Assembly (NCBI RefSeq): GCF_009914755.1
Contig: NC_060937.1
From: the human T2T-CHM13v2.0 reference genome, Homo sapiens
Reading direction: 5' to 3' (one strand)
DNA length: 64,000 nt
A program made the position numbers and the translations under genes. Below, piece by piece: positions 1 through 14,019 of this stretch. The stretch's first letter is position 1; each line of letters opens with the position of its first letter. The notes below the pieces were generated by a model. The model did no database searches. It saw only the letters and a list, made by a program, of their open reading frames with translations, and was not told the origin of the DNA.

Positions 1-149
1 GAGAATTATCTTAACCAGACTCTCTTGCACCAGCTGGTTAAAGCACAGAACATGCCAGGGATGTGTTCCTAGTACATTCCACTGGCACAGAGGTGTGAAA
101 GATGTGAAAAGGAAAAACCACACAACAACGCTGGCCAGAGCAGGCAGAG

Positions 150-450
150 TTATTCAGAGGAGTGTTTGTAGACAGATGCAATGGCCTGAGAGCAGGCATG
201 GAATTGTGAAAAGCCCTTCTGACCTGATAAAGTGATTTCAGAGTGATAGAGTTCTAAGGTGAGACAATAGCAGAGAATGGTGTTGAAGGTTAGAACTAGG
301 TTGAAATTGTAACGGGCCTTGTGTTCTCTAAAATGTTTTAGTTTATCCATCAGGACTCAGGGAGCCATCAGAAGTCTTCAAGCTGTGGAGTGACGTGGCT
401 GGATTAGCTTTATTTTTCAGGAAGGTAATTAACACATGGGTGGGCAGAGT
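150..450 (-). mobile_element. L2 LINE fragment (highly decayed)
   Basis: Purine-rich stretch resembling antisense L2 3' region (gggccttgt...cagggagccatcagaag...ggagtgacgtgg). Confidence 0.45.
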
Positions 451-1165
451 AGCTTAGTTTAGAGGTTGAGAAACAACTTCTGGATTTTCCTTTGGTAGAG
501 TTATTGTGCTCTATTTGTCAGTCATAATACCTTATAGTTCAAAGTAAGGATGATTTTTAAAATCTCTATTAATTTTCTGACATTAACTGACAATGATACT
601 AAAAGGACAATTTATAGTAGTGTTTTGTTAACTATGGTAAAATGGGCTCAGAGTGGTCTGAAAAATGTAGTCACCTAGTGAATGAATAATAAAGACCTTT
701 GTACCAGCTTAAATCCATTTTGGGTGAATATATTTATAATATTTATAATTCTATTAATTGGTTTTATAAGATCATAAAACGCAAGCGTTTAAATGATGCA
801 CCATTGTTGTAGTGGAAATAAAAGAGGAAGATACATGAAATACTAAAGATGAGAAGAGGTGGGAAATGAGCCAGACAGACCACCCTAACTATGCTGGCGT
901 TTGGTTGATTTTGGAAAAAAGACTTGGGAAAATGAATGACAGACCCTTCCCTTGATTTTTCCCACTCTACTAATTTGGTCCTGAGTTAATTGTCAAAATA
1001 AGTGAGACTATGCTAGAAACCAACTATTAACTATTTTGTTACTTGGTTAACTATTAACAACTTTCTTAACTATTTATTAATAAGTTTATTTATTAACTAC
1101 TTTTATAGTTAATAAAGATGGAAAGTCCTGACTTAGTAAAGAAGAAATACATACTCCTTTTAAAC

Positions 1166-1629
1166 ATTTATTTATTTATTTATTTGTATTTTAAAGACGG
1201 GGGTCTCATCTGTCACCTAGGCTGGAGTGTAATGGTGCCATCATGGTTCATTGCAGCCTCGAATCCCTGTGCTCAAGTGATCCTCCTGCCTCAGCCTCCT
1301 GAGTAGCTGAGACTACAGGTGCTCACCACCATGCCTGGCTAATTTTTTATTTTTAAATTTTTTTTGGTAGAGGTGAGGTCTCACTGTGTTGACCAGGATT
1401 GGTTTCGAACTCCTGGGTTCAAGTGATCTTCCAGCTTCAGCCTCCTGAGTAGCTGGGACTACAGGCATGTGCCACCATGTCAGCTAATTTTTTAGTTTTA
1501 AAATTTTTTTGTAGAGATGGAGTGCCACTATGTTGACCAGGTTGGTTTTGAACTCCTGGGCTTAAGTGATCCTCCTGCCTCAGCCTCCCCAAGTACTGAG
1601 ATTATAGGCATGAGCCACGGTGTCCAACC
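1166..1629 (-). mobile_element. AluJ-type SINE with three monomers
   Basis: (TTTA)n tail, right arm, A-rich linker, hybrid monomer, second linker, left arm; AluJ-like ctcctgggctcaagtgatcctcc. Confidence 0.9.
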
Positions 1630-2019
1630 AAGATGTGCTTCTCCTCAAGACCAAAACATTTACTAAGAAGTAGATGAGCACATGAAAGAAGTTAATCTGA
1701 CATTTCCTCAAAGGTTTAAAAATAAGTTGTATTTTCAAAGAAGGACTTCCATAATGCTTTTCTAGTGACTCTTCATTCACCTTACTGGCTTCGGTGCAGA
1801 CAGACTAACCCAGTTCACTCCCCGAATGGCACCTTTAAACTTCAGTCAGTTACACAAAAGCACACATAGTAAAGGAAACATTTTTGCTTCAGTATAACTG
1901 TTATATTATTCTACCCCATTTTAAGTATATAATTAATTTTAGTTCTGTGTCTACACAACTTAAAGCCAATGATTTTTAACGACTGCCCCAAAAATTTCTG
2001 AAAAACAAACAAAAGGGGA

Positions 2020-2500
2020 TATCTGATTCTACCATGTTGGGGTAGAATTGGTAATTGTATAATTGATACTGGACTCATAATCTCACTGTAAACAATAAAA
2101 AAGCAGACAAAATTTATGAGATATCTGTTTGGTTTTCAGACAGTATAGGAGGTAGCACAGAAACAGGATCCCTGAGGGAATGGAAATAGATAAGGTTAGC
2201 CCTATAATCACCCCCAGCTTTCTTCCTGGAAGCACTTTCTGAATTAAGGGCCTGTGAGGAGGAACTCCAGCAAAAGCAAAAAAATCATATTAAATTGAGA
2301 AGACAGAGACAAGAATTCAAGGGGAAGCTGAAATGACTGAAATTTTCAGACCAGAAAATTGGAGAGTAGGGAGCTGTGCAGACAAGAAGCTACAGAGATC
2401 TGTAGAGGATCTCCTTGAGTCCATTGGGATTCATAGAAAGAAACTCCATGAGGCCAGGAAAGAACAATATGGGGAGCTGTGAGTACTGAGCAACAATTTT
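2020..2500 (+). mobile_element. Old L1M 5'-region fragment
   Basis: Resembles L1MC/MD/ME 5' UTR (cccagctttcttcctgga, aggatccctgag); family from recall only. Confidence 0.4.
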
Positions 2501-2504
2501 CCAT

Positions 2505-2923
2505 TTCTCTCCTACATTTCCAGACGACTTATAAACAGACATTGACTGCATTTATTTTGGACAATCTTTTTTTTTCACAGATGTTTGCATAGCCAACAGC
2601 CATGGCAGATGGAGCTAGTGCCTCTCTCAGGAGCAAGGGGCAGGCACACTTACTGCCCATTATAAAAACTCCAGTTTCACTAAACCCAGGATTCTTTCTT
2701 GTACCACAATGCACTACATGTGCCAGTATTGCTCTGTAGGAATTGGGGCTCAGGGAGACAGTGCAGATGTCAATACTGTGGCTTCTGCTGTTGCCATGAG
2801 TAATAAAGTCCTTTGTCTCTGATCCAGGAGACTCATATCTTCTGCCAACATCTTGAAGCTATGGCAGGCTAATTTGTTAGTTTGCAAGGAGGGTAAAATT
2901 TCAGGCCCTTCACAGAGTTTGAC
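2505..2923 (+). mobile_element. ERVL-class LTR (MER70-like)
   Basis: TATA-like ttataaaa at about 2661, AATAAA at about 2802, end gggtaaaatttcaggcccttcacagagtttgaca (terminal CA), followed by internal-like sequence. Confidence 0.55.
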
Positions 2924-3560
2924 AGTTTTAGTGATGAGTATGGGATGCTGACAGAGATGTAGCTTTCTGGAAAATGAAGGACAAGGGCCTCATGGGACAA
3001 ATAATGGGTTTTGAGAGAAATTCACAGGAATTGGTACCTGTATTAGTCTGCCAGGACTGCTGTAATAAAATGCCATAGACTGGGTGGCTTACAAATAACA
3101 GAAATGCATTTCTAACAATCTGGAAGCTGGGCAATCTAAGATCAAGATAATGGCAGATTCAGTGACTGACCCACTTCCTCATAGACAGCATTCTCAATTT
3201 AACCTCTGGTGGAAAGGATGAGAGGTCTCTCTCTGGCCTCTTATGAGAGCTCTGCCCCCATGAGCTAAACACGACCCAAAGGTCGTATCTCCTAATGCTA
3301 TTATCTTGGGGATAAGGATTTCAGCATTTGAATTTTGGGGTAATATAAACATTCAGATGACAGAAGCAGCAAACATAGCAAATATGTTGACCAAATTGTA
3401 TGGTCAACTGGGCAATAAATGATCTTCTCCTTTACTGCCTGTTATTGAAGAGGAATTGGGGAGGTGGTTACAGGCTCAAAGACAGGTGTCCTGGTTTTTG
3501 CTAACTCTCCTTTGAGGAGACAGAGGCTATTCCTCACAAGTCTTGCAGTCAGCCTTAGGT
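2924..3560 (+). mobile_element. ERVL internal remnant adjoining the LTR, interrupted by a MaLR LTR
   Basis: Directly follows LTR end; PBS-position sequence gttttagtgatgagtatgggat. Confidence 0.35.
3039..3362 (-). mobile_element. MaLR solo LTR (MLT1A/MST-like)
   Basis: tgtattagtctg...catagactgggtggctta...ggatttcagcatttgaattttgggg...aacattcag. Confidence 0.85.
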
Positions 3561-4428
3561 CTGTGCTCTTGTAATAATTAGAGCTAACATTAATCCCAGA
3601 ATAATTGGATATCTATATGGGAAAAATCATTCTTGACACTACCTTACAACATTCACGAAATGAACAAAAGTATCATCTAAAACTATAAAACTTTTAGAAA
3701 ACAACATCAGATAAAATCATCAAGATTTTGAGGGCAGAAAAAGAATTCTTAAGACACTAAAACATGAACTATATGGAAATTGGTCAACTGGACTTCATCA
3801 TCAAAATGGAATTATTCTATTCTTTGAAAGACATTGTTAAAAAAGTAGAAAGCCAAGCCCCCGAGTGGAAAAATATTTGCAGTACATATATCTGAAGATA
3901 TAGATGCAGAATATATATAAAAAATTCAACTAAATTTTAAAGAAGACAAGGAATATGGGGAAAAAAAAGAGATGTGAACAGACACTTCAAAACAGAAGAT
4001 ATGCAAATAATCAGTAAGCACATTAAAGATTCCCAATATTATCAGTATCAGGACAATGTAAATTAAAACCACAATGAGATACCACTGTACACCAGTGTTT
4101 GTGAGGATGTACCACAACTGGAACCCTCATACATTGCTGGAGAAAATCTAAAATGACACAAGCTCTCTATGAAGTAGTCTGGTAGTTTTCTTACATAATG
4201 ACTACATAACTCACAATTCCATCCCTTGGTATTTACTCAAGAGAAATGAAAACATATATCCATACAAAGGCCTTCATGTGAACGTTCATAGCAGATTTAA
4301 ATAGCATTAAGCTACAAACAACTCAAAAGTCTGTCAACAGGTGAGTAAATAAACAAGTTATAATCTATCCATAGAAAAAAGTATTTCCCAAGCAATAAAA
4401 AGGAGCAAGCTACCACCACATTAATGGA

Positions 4429-4706
4429 TATAAATGGATAAAGAAAATGTGACATATATATATTCACACAATGGAGTATTATTCAGGCATAAAAAAGAAA
4501 GAAATCTTGCCATTTGTCACAACATAGATGAACTTGGAGGACAATATTCTAAATGAAATAAGCGACACATATAAAGACACTGTGTGCTCTCACTTATATA
4601 TGGAACCCATAAAAGTTGAACTCTCAAGCAGAGAGTAGGATGGTGGTTACCAGGGGATGGGGTGTAGGGGAAATCAGGGAGATGTTAGTCAAAGGGTACA
4701 AACTTT
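4429..4706 (+). repeat. L1MA 3'UTR segment; inverted duplicate of 5432-5708
   Basis: Reverse complement aligns end to end with 5432-5708, including shared non-consensus deletions. Confidence 0.9.
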
Positions 4707-4746
4707 TTTAAACATTTAATGATACAGTTTAATCTCTAAAGCATTA

Positions 4747-5075
<329 letters not shown>

Positions 5076-5251
5076 TTACAAATCAAGCATCAATTAAAGA
5101 GAATATATTCTATGTGATTTATTAATATAAAATTTTAGAATAGGCACAAGGAATTTAGAGTGGAAGAAAACAGGTCAGTGATTGCCTAGGGCTGGGATTG
5201 AGGGGGCAATGACGGCAAAGGGGTACAAGGCAACTTTGTGGATGACTATTC

Positions 5252-5790
5252 ATTTTTTAATTTAAAAATATTTAACCAGCATATAAAAATTGAATACATT
5301 CAAGGTATACAACATGATGATTTGATATACATATACATTGTGTAATGATTATCTCAATCAAATTAGTTTAATACATCCATAATCATCCATGCTGTATATT
5401 AGATTTCCAGAACATGTTCATCTTGTAACTGAAAGTTTGCACTCTTTGACTAACACCTCCCTGATTTCCCCCACTCCCCATCCCCTGGTAACCACCATCC
5501 TACTCTCTGCTTCAGAGTTCAACTATTATGGGTTCCGTATATAAGTTAGAGCACACAGTGTCTTCATATGTGTTACTTATTTCATTTAGAATAATGTCCT
5601 CCAAGTTCATCTATGTTGTGACAAAGGCAAGATTTCTTTCTTTTTTATGTCTGAATAATACTCCATTGTGTGAATATATATATGCCACATTTTCTTTATC
5701 CATTTATACTTTGATGGACACTTAGGTTGTTTCCATATCTTGCCTGTGGCGAATAACACTGCAATGAACATGGGGGTGCAGATATCACTT
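5252..5790 (-). mobile_element. L1MA 3' end (5'-truncated)
   Basis: Antisense L1MA 3'UTR (caaggtatacaacatgatgatttgata...ctgcaatgaacatgggggtgcagatatc). Confidence 0.85.
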
Positions 5791-5799
5791 CAATGGCTA

Positions 5800-6096
5800 T
5801 TTTTTTTTTTTTTGAGACAGAGTCTTGCTCTGTCCTCCAGGCTGGAGTGTAGTGGCACAATCTCAGCTCACTGTAACCTCCACTCCCAGGTTCACGCCAT
5901 TCTCCCACCTCAGCCTCCCGGGTTGCTGGGACTACAGGCGCCCGCCACCATGCCCAGCTAATTTTTTTTTGTATTTTTACTAGAGACGGGGTTTCACTGT
6001 GTTAGCCAGGATGGTCTTGATCTCCTGACGTCGTGATCCGCCCGCCTTGGCCTCCCAAAGTGCTGGGATTACAGGCGTGAACCACCGCACCCAGCC
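5800..6096 (-). mobile_element. AluY SINE
   Basis: gttcacgccattctc, gtgttagccaggatggtc; TSD cttcaatggctatt. Confidence 0.95.
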
Positions 6097-6619
6097 CGTC
6101 TTCAATGGCTATTCTTGACTGTGATGTGGGAGATATAGTTGTTGAAACTCATCAAGCTTTACACTTAAAATGGGTGCATTTCAGCACATGTAAATAATAC
6201 TTCAATAAAATTGGTTTTTAAAAAAAGATCTACAAGCTAAAAACAAAGATTAACGTGGAATGTCAAAACGACTCAGGAGCCAGCCTTAACAGGGCTCCCA
6301 CTGGCAAAAGTTGGCAGTTTAAGCATCAAAAAGAGAATGACTGTAGATCCTTGAAATAAAAGGAATATGAAACAATCATTATTCCCTAGTAATATATGTG
6401 CATGACACCCCTCCACCCCTGGGACACCCCTCCAGCAAAGAACAGAATTTCGTTCTTTGTCTTAAAAATCTTCTCAGTGAACAGTAACTATTTTGAAACC
6501 AGAAATCCTAAAACAGGATTGCATTTTCAGGATCTCAGATTTGTTTAGTTTTGAATTATTTATTTAAACATTTTTTTTCTGAAATATTTTCTAAGCAAAA
6601 CTAGGATGGAGTTTTGAAA

Positions 6620-7107
6620 AGCCAAATTACATACGCACTGGCTCCTGTGTACCTTGAGAATGCACCTTGCAGACTTTCAACTACTTGACTATTGGCCCCA
6701 GCTGCCACACTCTGAAATGCATTGTTTCATTTGCACTCATAAAATTGGGGCAGAGAGCCAAGCCTCCCAACAGCCGCTTGTAGACAATTATCAAGTGCCG
6801 CAGGCTTCCTAAGGCAGCCTGTCACTGAGAGCCTGAGAACTTGTTCAACTTTAGGCCAACTTTGGCTTAAAGACACCAGTGGCCTGGCCGCACTTCCATT
6901 AGACTTCAGGATAGTCCAGGGTGCTTTTACCCAACTTTCCTTCTTGTCTCTCCTCACTAGGAATCAGATTTGCATCAAGGCTGGATGGCTCTCCCATCTC
7001 TTCCCAGCTCCCTCTCCATTTTCTCTCTCAGACATTTTCCCCAATAAAATCCTTGCAAATTTACTTTCATCTTGATGTCAGCTTCTTGGATGACCTGAAC
7101 AAATTCA
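6620..7107 (+). mobile_element. ERVL solo LTR (LTR16-like)
   Basis: 3' end aataaaatccttgca...catcttgatgtcagcttcttggatgacctgaac; similar to 59440-59802. Confidence 0.65.
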
Positions 7108-7782
7108 CAGCCCAATATTTGATTATCTTTCATGGCCAACAAGGCCCACAGGTGACTCTCATGCTCTTATATTTTTTCCCATTAAACTTCATCTTTGTGG
7201 GTTTAAGGCCATTTGTTCCAACACATCAAAGTATTTTTGAATCTTACTCCATTATCTTTTACATCTGTTGTCTTTCCCATCTTTATGACATCCCAAAATG
7301 TGATGAGTAGTTATTACATGTCTTCTACAAATTGTGAATAAAAGCATTAAACTGTAGCTGCCAAATGACAGGCCCTTTTGGAAATGCAATCAAGGCCTAT
7401 AATAAGCCTGACAGTACAAATAAATCTGTTTTCATAAAGTGAATAAATATTGGATAATTATGAAAATATTAAATTATATGTAGTGAGATGGATAGTGCCC
7501 TTATATTCAAATTGTACATCTCCCATGATATTTTGCACACAGAAGGTGTTTACAATCACTCTCACCAAGATAGCAATGACACCAGAAAAGTGTAGAAAAG
7601 AATATTTGAAAGAAGTAATCTTTCGTAGTTTTAGAAACAAGCTGTGTAGTTCTTCTGTTCTTGATAAAATTAGGGTTAGAGCACAGCATAAAAATTTCAG
7701 CTCTTACAGCAGCAAGAACTACTCAGTATATGAAATAACCTTCAGAAACAGTGTAAGTGGATTCTCTTCAATAAGGATTTGG

Positions 7783-8611
7783 TGATGAATGGACAGGAGA
7801 TGGAAATGGCTAGAAGATGGACTGGCTAGAAGAGGGCGGTTCCCTGGCAAAGGCCCCACCCTCAAGCCTGGAGACCTCTGACCCTAAGTAGGAACAGGCA
7901 TTTCTGTTTCTGTGCCCAAAAAGATGCCTTTTGGCCTGCCATATCCCCCTATCCTGTACCCATATAAATCCCAAACCCCAGGCTCCAGAAGCAGATGAGC
8001 AGATGAGCAGAGGAGCAGATAAGGAGATGAGGAGAAAAGCAGATGAACAGTGGAACAACATGGCAGAGAAAGAGAGAAGAGGAGGAATTTCTGAACACTG
8101 AGAGAAGTTCGGCTGGGGGTGGCCGGAGGGCAGTTCAGCTGCTGAATGGCCAAACTCCAGGGGAAGATCATCCTCCCACTCCATCCCCACTTCCGGCTCC
8201 CCATTCATCCCACTGAGAGCCACTTCCACCACTCAATAAAACCCCGCATTCATCCTTCAAGCCCGTGTGTGAACCGATTCTTCTGGGACACTGGGCAAGA
8301 GCTCGGGATACAGAAAGCTGTCACACTGGCCCTCTGCCCTTGCAAAAAGGCAGAGGGTCCATTGAGCTGGTTAACATTAAGGTGTCTGAGGATGGCAAGG
8401 CTAAAAGAGCACTGTAACACTGGGGCCGCAGGCACCCACCCCTAGACACTACTGCAGGAGCGGAGCCCAGAGTACCTGCCCCGGCTCCTGTACCTGCCCA
8501 TCTGCGTGTTCCCCCTCCTGTCAGGAGTTTGAGCAACAACGATGACCGAACAGGCAAGCCACACCCCTGCTGCACATCCTGCAAGGGGGATCAGGGAACT
8601 CTCCTGTTTCA
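7783..8611 (+). mobile_element. ERV1 solo LTR (LTR1 family)
   Basis: TG...CA termini, agaagagggcggttccctggcaaaggccccaccctcaagcc start motif, TATA catataaa at about 7961, AATAAA at about 8235, end gggaactctcctgtttca. Confidence 0.8.
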
Positions 8612-10015
8612 GTGGCTTGCTTCTTTGTGAGCTGTGAGAGTTCAAAACACTTGGTGTAGCAATAATGACAGAGTTTGTTTGTGTTTACACTTAGGAACGA
8701 TTGTGTGGAGTTAGGGGTTTCCTAAACTAATTGTTTTTAGGTTAATTTGAGCAGAGGCCAAGGGTGTGGCAAATAGGCAAGTGAATAAATCATCCCCAAA
8801 ACTGTTTTATATCATGGATAGCCATGCTAATATTAAAAATAATTTTGATACTTCAGAGGACTCATTTTTCATTCACTTGTAGATAGCATGGTATTTTTTG
8901 AAAAGAAACGTAATAGGCTGGAAATAAATACTTTGTAATAAATTTTGTCATTAATAAGAGGTGAAACCTAGACATGACTTCAAGTACGCATCCCATCATG
9001 ACATCATTACAAAGCACTATCCTTGTATAAATAGACATCTTGTCTAAGGTCAAGGTCCCTCAATAAATCTGCAGTCCATTTGGGTGCCAGGTTATAGAAA
9101 ACAGAGTATTATTCTGCATTTTTCCCTCCCAAAACTCATGAACATAGAAAATATTCCACAATGGCAATCAAAATACCCAGAACCTTCACTTGCTATAAGG
9201 GTTAAAAAAAATCAATTGCAGTTCAGCAGTTCACTCTCCTATATAAATTCTGGTCAAACTTTTATCCTTTTTCTCCTCTAGATTCTTCCATTACTCTAGG
9301 TGCTATTAATAGGGCAGTTCTATTACATGTTTCTCTTCAGACCTCTTGAGTCATACGCAACCTTTCATCGTTAGTTTAATAGCTAGTGTTATTGATGAGT
9401 AGTAATACGCAGAAGAGGCTGATAATCATTGGTTTTGCGTAGCTGAAATAGATAATAATGAGATAAGTTTTTCATGGGTAGTGGGAAAGACGTCTTAATG
9501 GCTCCTAGAATACAGATGAAGGAACTATATGGTATTACAAAGGACATCTTGATAAGAAGCAGATTCAAAGAGGTCAAAACAGCAACTGGATTTCTGCTGG
9601 CATAAATCTCTTCTCAACTGTATTATTGCCTTTTAAAGTCTTTTTTTAACAGGCAAGAATCCAAACAGGATGTGTTTTCCCACAAACAAGAAAAAGCAAA
9701 ATAAAATGCTCTGTTGTTAAAGTTAGAAATGAGAGAGAGAGAGTCTGACTAATGGAAGAAATCAAGGGCCTTAAACAGAAATGGCAGAATGCTTTTATAG
9801 AGGAGTATTCCTGCTGTTTAGAATGCATGGCTGGTGACTTGGAATAAGTAGTGTTCCAGAGAGTGAATCTAAGATATGTCCCTTAAGCTACTTAAAGGCA
9901 TGACTAAGAACAAGTCACTCTAAACAATAAAGTAAGATCTTGGGGTAGAAAAAACACCACATGTGGGCATTGAATTAGAACCAAACATTTTGTGAAATGA
10001 CAAGGAACATGTTAA

Positions 10016-10410
<395 letters not shown>

Positions 10411-11221
10411 TTCTGGGACTCTTTCAAACTACATTTGCTTCAGAGAAATTCTGACGCCCCTGTCCCCACCCCACTGCACACAATCCCCGCCTCCTCCTTA
10501 AGAATTAATGCCCATCTGAGTCAGTGGTACTGATCAGTAGGTTATCATATCCCTTGGGAAGGGTGAGCCAGAAAGCAGGCTGAGAACCTGAGAACCACTG
10601 CTTTAGTGAGTTTATTTTCCTCCACACTTCGCGTGCCCCTCTGTGCTGCTAAGCGTGCATCAGGTTCTGCTGGGTGGGGCTGAGTGTGTAGCCCCTCGTA
10701 GCCCCTCACTTGTGGGTGCTCACACACACAGGGCCTGCAGGGAGAAGCCAGGAGCCATTCCTTGTGTTCACATGGCTCAGAACACTAGTTTGAGAAGTCC
10801 AGGAGAGATCAGAGGACAGAGCAACATGATCTCTGCTCTGAGAATCGTTGAAGTCTGTAGTTTCCACTTCAGGGAACTTATCTAAATATGGTCCTCCTTG
10901 TAATGTATTTGCAGATAGACTGACTCAGGTCTAACTCAATGGATTTAGAAAATTAACATAAGTGTTAATAAGTAATATAGCAGCCTTCCATTCCATGGTT
11001 CTGTGTGCTAACAAATATCTGTTGAACGAATGATATATACAAAGATATGGGCATAGCCCACCCAGCAAGGTTGGTAAACAGAAAAGGATTCAAAATTTGT
11101 CATTCTGTGTCATCATATTGTGCTTCCTCCATTTCCTCAAATATCCCAACCGTAAACTCCACATAGAACAGTTCAGAGACAAGTTTCCCTCCAAATCTTA
11201 CATTGAATTGGACTCAGAAAA

Positions 11222-11490
11222 CAGTAATAATAATAGCTAACATGTAGAGAGCACTGCTATGTGCCAATAAGTATGTTTAGTAATTTTTGTGTGTCGTCTT
11301 GTTTAAGACTTACAGAAGTCCTACAAGATGGGAACTATTGTTATTCCCTTTTATCTATATGAGAAAAATCGAGCTTCAGGCAACTTAAACAACTTGTCCA
11401 TCTAGCAAGTGGCATGAAGATGACATTCACAGAACTAGCAAGAGGACGAACCCAAATCTATCTAATGACAAAACCCATACTCTAAGCTAC
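11222..11490 (-). mobile_element. MIR SINE
   Basis: aataatagctaacat...ctatgtgcc...gagaaaaatcgagcttcag...gaacccaaatctatct. Confidence 0.7.
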
Positions 11491-11697
11491 TCCTCTATAT
11501 TGTTACCAAACAGATTTGAAATACTACCTAAGGCTAACAAGGGCTTTCTAAGCTGTGATTTAATACATAGAAACATGTTTGACCACTGACATAGCCGAAG
11601 AACAATATTTTGCAGAAAAAAAACCTCTTGTTTTAGATACTATACTTGTTTTACTAACTAGGTAGCATGAATGTTTTTCAGAGTTTTCAAAATATGT

Positions 11698-12323
11698 CAG
11701 TTCTTACTATTTATGGTGATTATGTTCTAAAAATTTGCTGTGGACACTGAATTTGAGTACGGAGCTCTTGCTATTAGGAGAAATACAGAGTTAGGTTCCT
11801 GCAAGCTTCTAGTCAACTAACTGATCAACACATAACTTTATTTTTTTGTGTGTTTCTGTTTAAGGATGCCTCGTTTAATCTAGATTATTGATTGTTTAAT
11901 GTTGAACTCATGGCCAACAGCACTGTAACTCATGCCTGAACCAAATTTCCATTTTCTCTGTAAAACTTACCTTTTCTCTGTAAGGCACATCCAAGCCTCC
12001 TCGCACTTAGAAATACTAGACAGCACTTCAGTACTCTGGTTGGGAGCCATTTTAAACAGTGAAATAACCAACAAAAGCACAAAAATGCAAAACTGTGGTT
12101 CTAAATAGACCCATAAAGGACCCTTGTTGATAGTAGAGAGCTGAAACAGGAAGGCAGAGCGTCGCCTTGTGAGACCTCAGCCAGGCACGGGTGCATCACT
12201 GCTCTGGGCCTGTCCACAAATGACTGTAAAAGCATACCGAGTGCTGATGTGGGGGTTACAGATAAATTTTAGCAAGTAGATGAATTCACAAATACTGAAT
12301 CTGTGAATGTGGAGGATTGACTG
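11698..12323 (-). mobile_element. TcMar-Tigger non-autonomous DNA transposon (MER82-like)
   Basis: About 630 bp, terminal cagt.../...gaggattgactg followed by TA; aaattttagcaagtagatgaattcacaaatactgaatc matches MER82 as recalled. Confidence 0.7.
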
Positions 12324-13461
12324 TACACAGAAATTCACTTAAAGGAAATCTGGCAGTTAAAGTGAGCGGAGGTAATGATGTACTAGTTCATTCTTTGAGA
12401 GAGCAGCTCAGAATATGGGTTCTCAATGTAAAAGTTTAGCCAGTTTAACCCACGGTCCAGCAGCACGCATGTAAAATAATCTGTTATGCTCTGGCTACAA
12501 AGACTAAAGGCATGTGGTCTCTGAATCTGTATTTCTAACTCAGATGGGCAGCGGGGTGGTCTCTAAAATGCAGGCCTCCTTCAAGTCTGCTGTAAAGGCC
12601 TGTCACTAGCTCCTTTTCTGCCCTGGCCATGTTCACAGTCATTGTCCCCTCAGCATGGAAGGCCTAGGTGTTCCATCTTGCAGATTGTGGCTGAATGAAA
12701 CTGTAGTCAGAGAGGTAAAGCGCTTCGGGTACCACAAGGGTAGAATACCCACCAAAATGGAATGTGTGCACAGTATTGCTCCTGCTTTTTGCATTTTGGG
12801 TTTTGGCTTTTATTTTGCCATTTCTTCCTATTTTTTCTGGGCAATACTAGGTAGAAACAGCTTAATTAATCATAATTGTAAAAAATACTATTTGAAAGTG
12901 TTATTTTAGATGGAAATTATGGGTTTTTTTGTCACAGCAGGTATTTTTAAAAGCATATAATCTACACACATATCTCAGAGGGTCTTCAGCATCCTTATTT
13001 TTGAGCTTAAATGAATCTTGTTATTTTCTCCATTCATGCTCAAATCACAGCCAGGAGCTGCTTAGAAAAGCTTGGCCTGGGAGTTAGAACATTGCCTTAA
13101 CCGCCTGGGTGGCAGTGGCAATTCTTGCAAAGCAAACTCAGGGATATTGGTGGTAGCGAGGAACCATTGTCAGAAAGCCATCAAAGCTACAGTGAAGTCA
13201 ATGCCCCTTCATGTTACCCCTATTCTCACAGAGTCTGGATTTGGGAATAATTGTAGCAATGTATTTTCATGAGTTGATTGAGTAATTTGCATTTACTAAT
13301 CTCAACGTGAAATGAAAGCCAGCCTCAAGAACGGGAGTTGTCCCTGGCTGTCGTTTCTTGTGGTCTCTTTCTCTGTGGTACACCCTCAGAGCAGGCATTC
13401 TCTACCCATTGCCTGTGCCTTACTTCTGTGTGTTAGTAGTATGCAGGTGAATCCGTGTGAT

Positions 13462-13915
13462 AGCTTTATTTTTTTAAATTTGTAATTGTGGTAACTACGC
13501 ATAACATAAAATTGACCGTCGTAATCATTTCAAGGGTACTGTTCAGTGGTGTTAAGTATACTCACATGGTTGTGTAATCAATCTCCAGAAATGGTTCATT
13601 TTCTAAAAGCGAGATTCTATATTCATTAAACAATAACTCCCCACTTTCCTCTCCCCTCCAGCCCCTGGCAACCTCCATTCTACTTTCTGTTTTTATGGAT
13701 CTGACTTTTCTAGATACCTCCTATGAGTGGAGTCATACAGTATTCATCTTTTTGTAAATGGTTCATTTCATTTAACATAATCTCCTCAAGGATCATCCAC
13801 ATTATAGCATGTGGCAGAATTTCTTCCTTTTTAAGGCTGAATATTCCATTGTTTGTATACACCACATTTTCCTTATTCATTTGTCTATGGGTGGATGCTT
13901 GGGTTACTTCTACTT
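13462..13915 (-). mobile_element. L1MB 3' end
   Basis: ataacataaaattgacc...cagcccctggcaacc...tttaaggctgaatattccattg. Confidence 0.85.
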
Positions 13916-14019
13916 AATGCCTTTATTTTAAAATAACTAAAATCTTGTGACACAAAGGTACAACAATGTATATCCTTGGAAAAAGCTGATTATTATGCTC
14001 TCTTTAAACTGAAGAATTA

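Noticed and set aside
6921-7785. 129-aa and 111-aa plus-strand ORFs
   Set aside because: Non-ATG starts (GTG, TTG), partly LTR-derived, no recognisable domain or splice framework.
7810-8645. Cluster of overlapping 60-140 aa ORFs
   Set aside because: All lie within a GC-rich LTR1 solo LTR; no gag, pol or env motifs.
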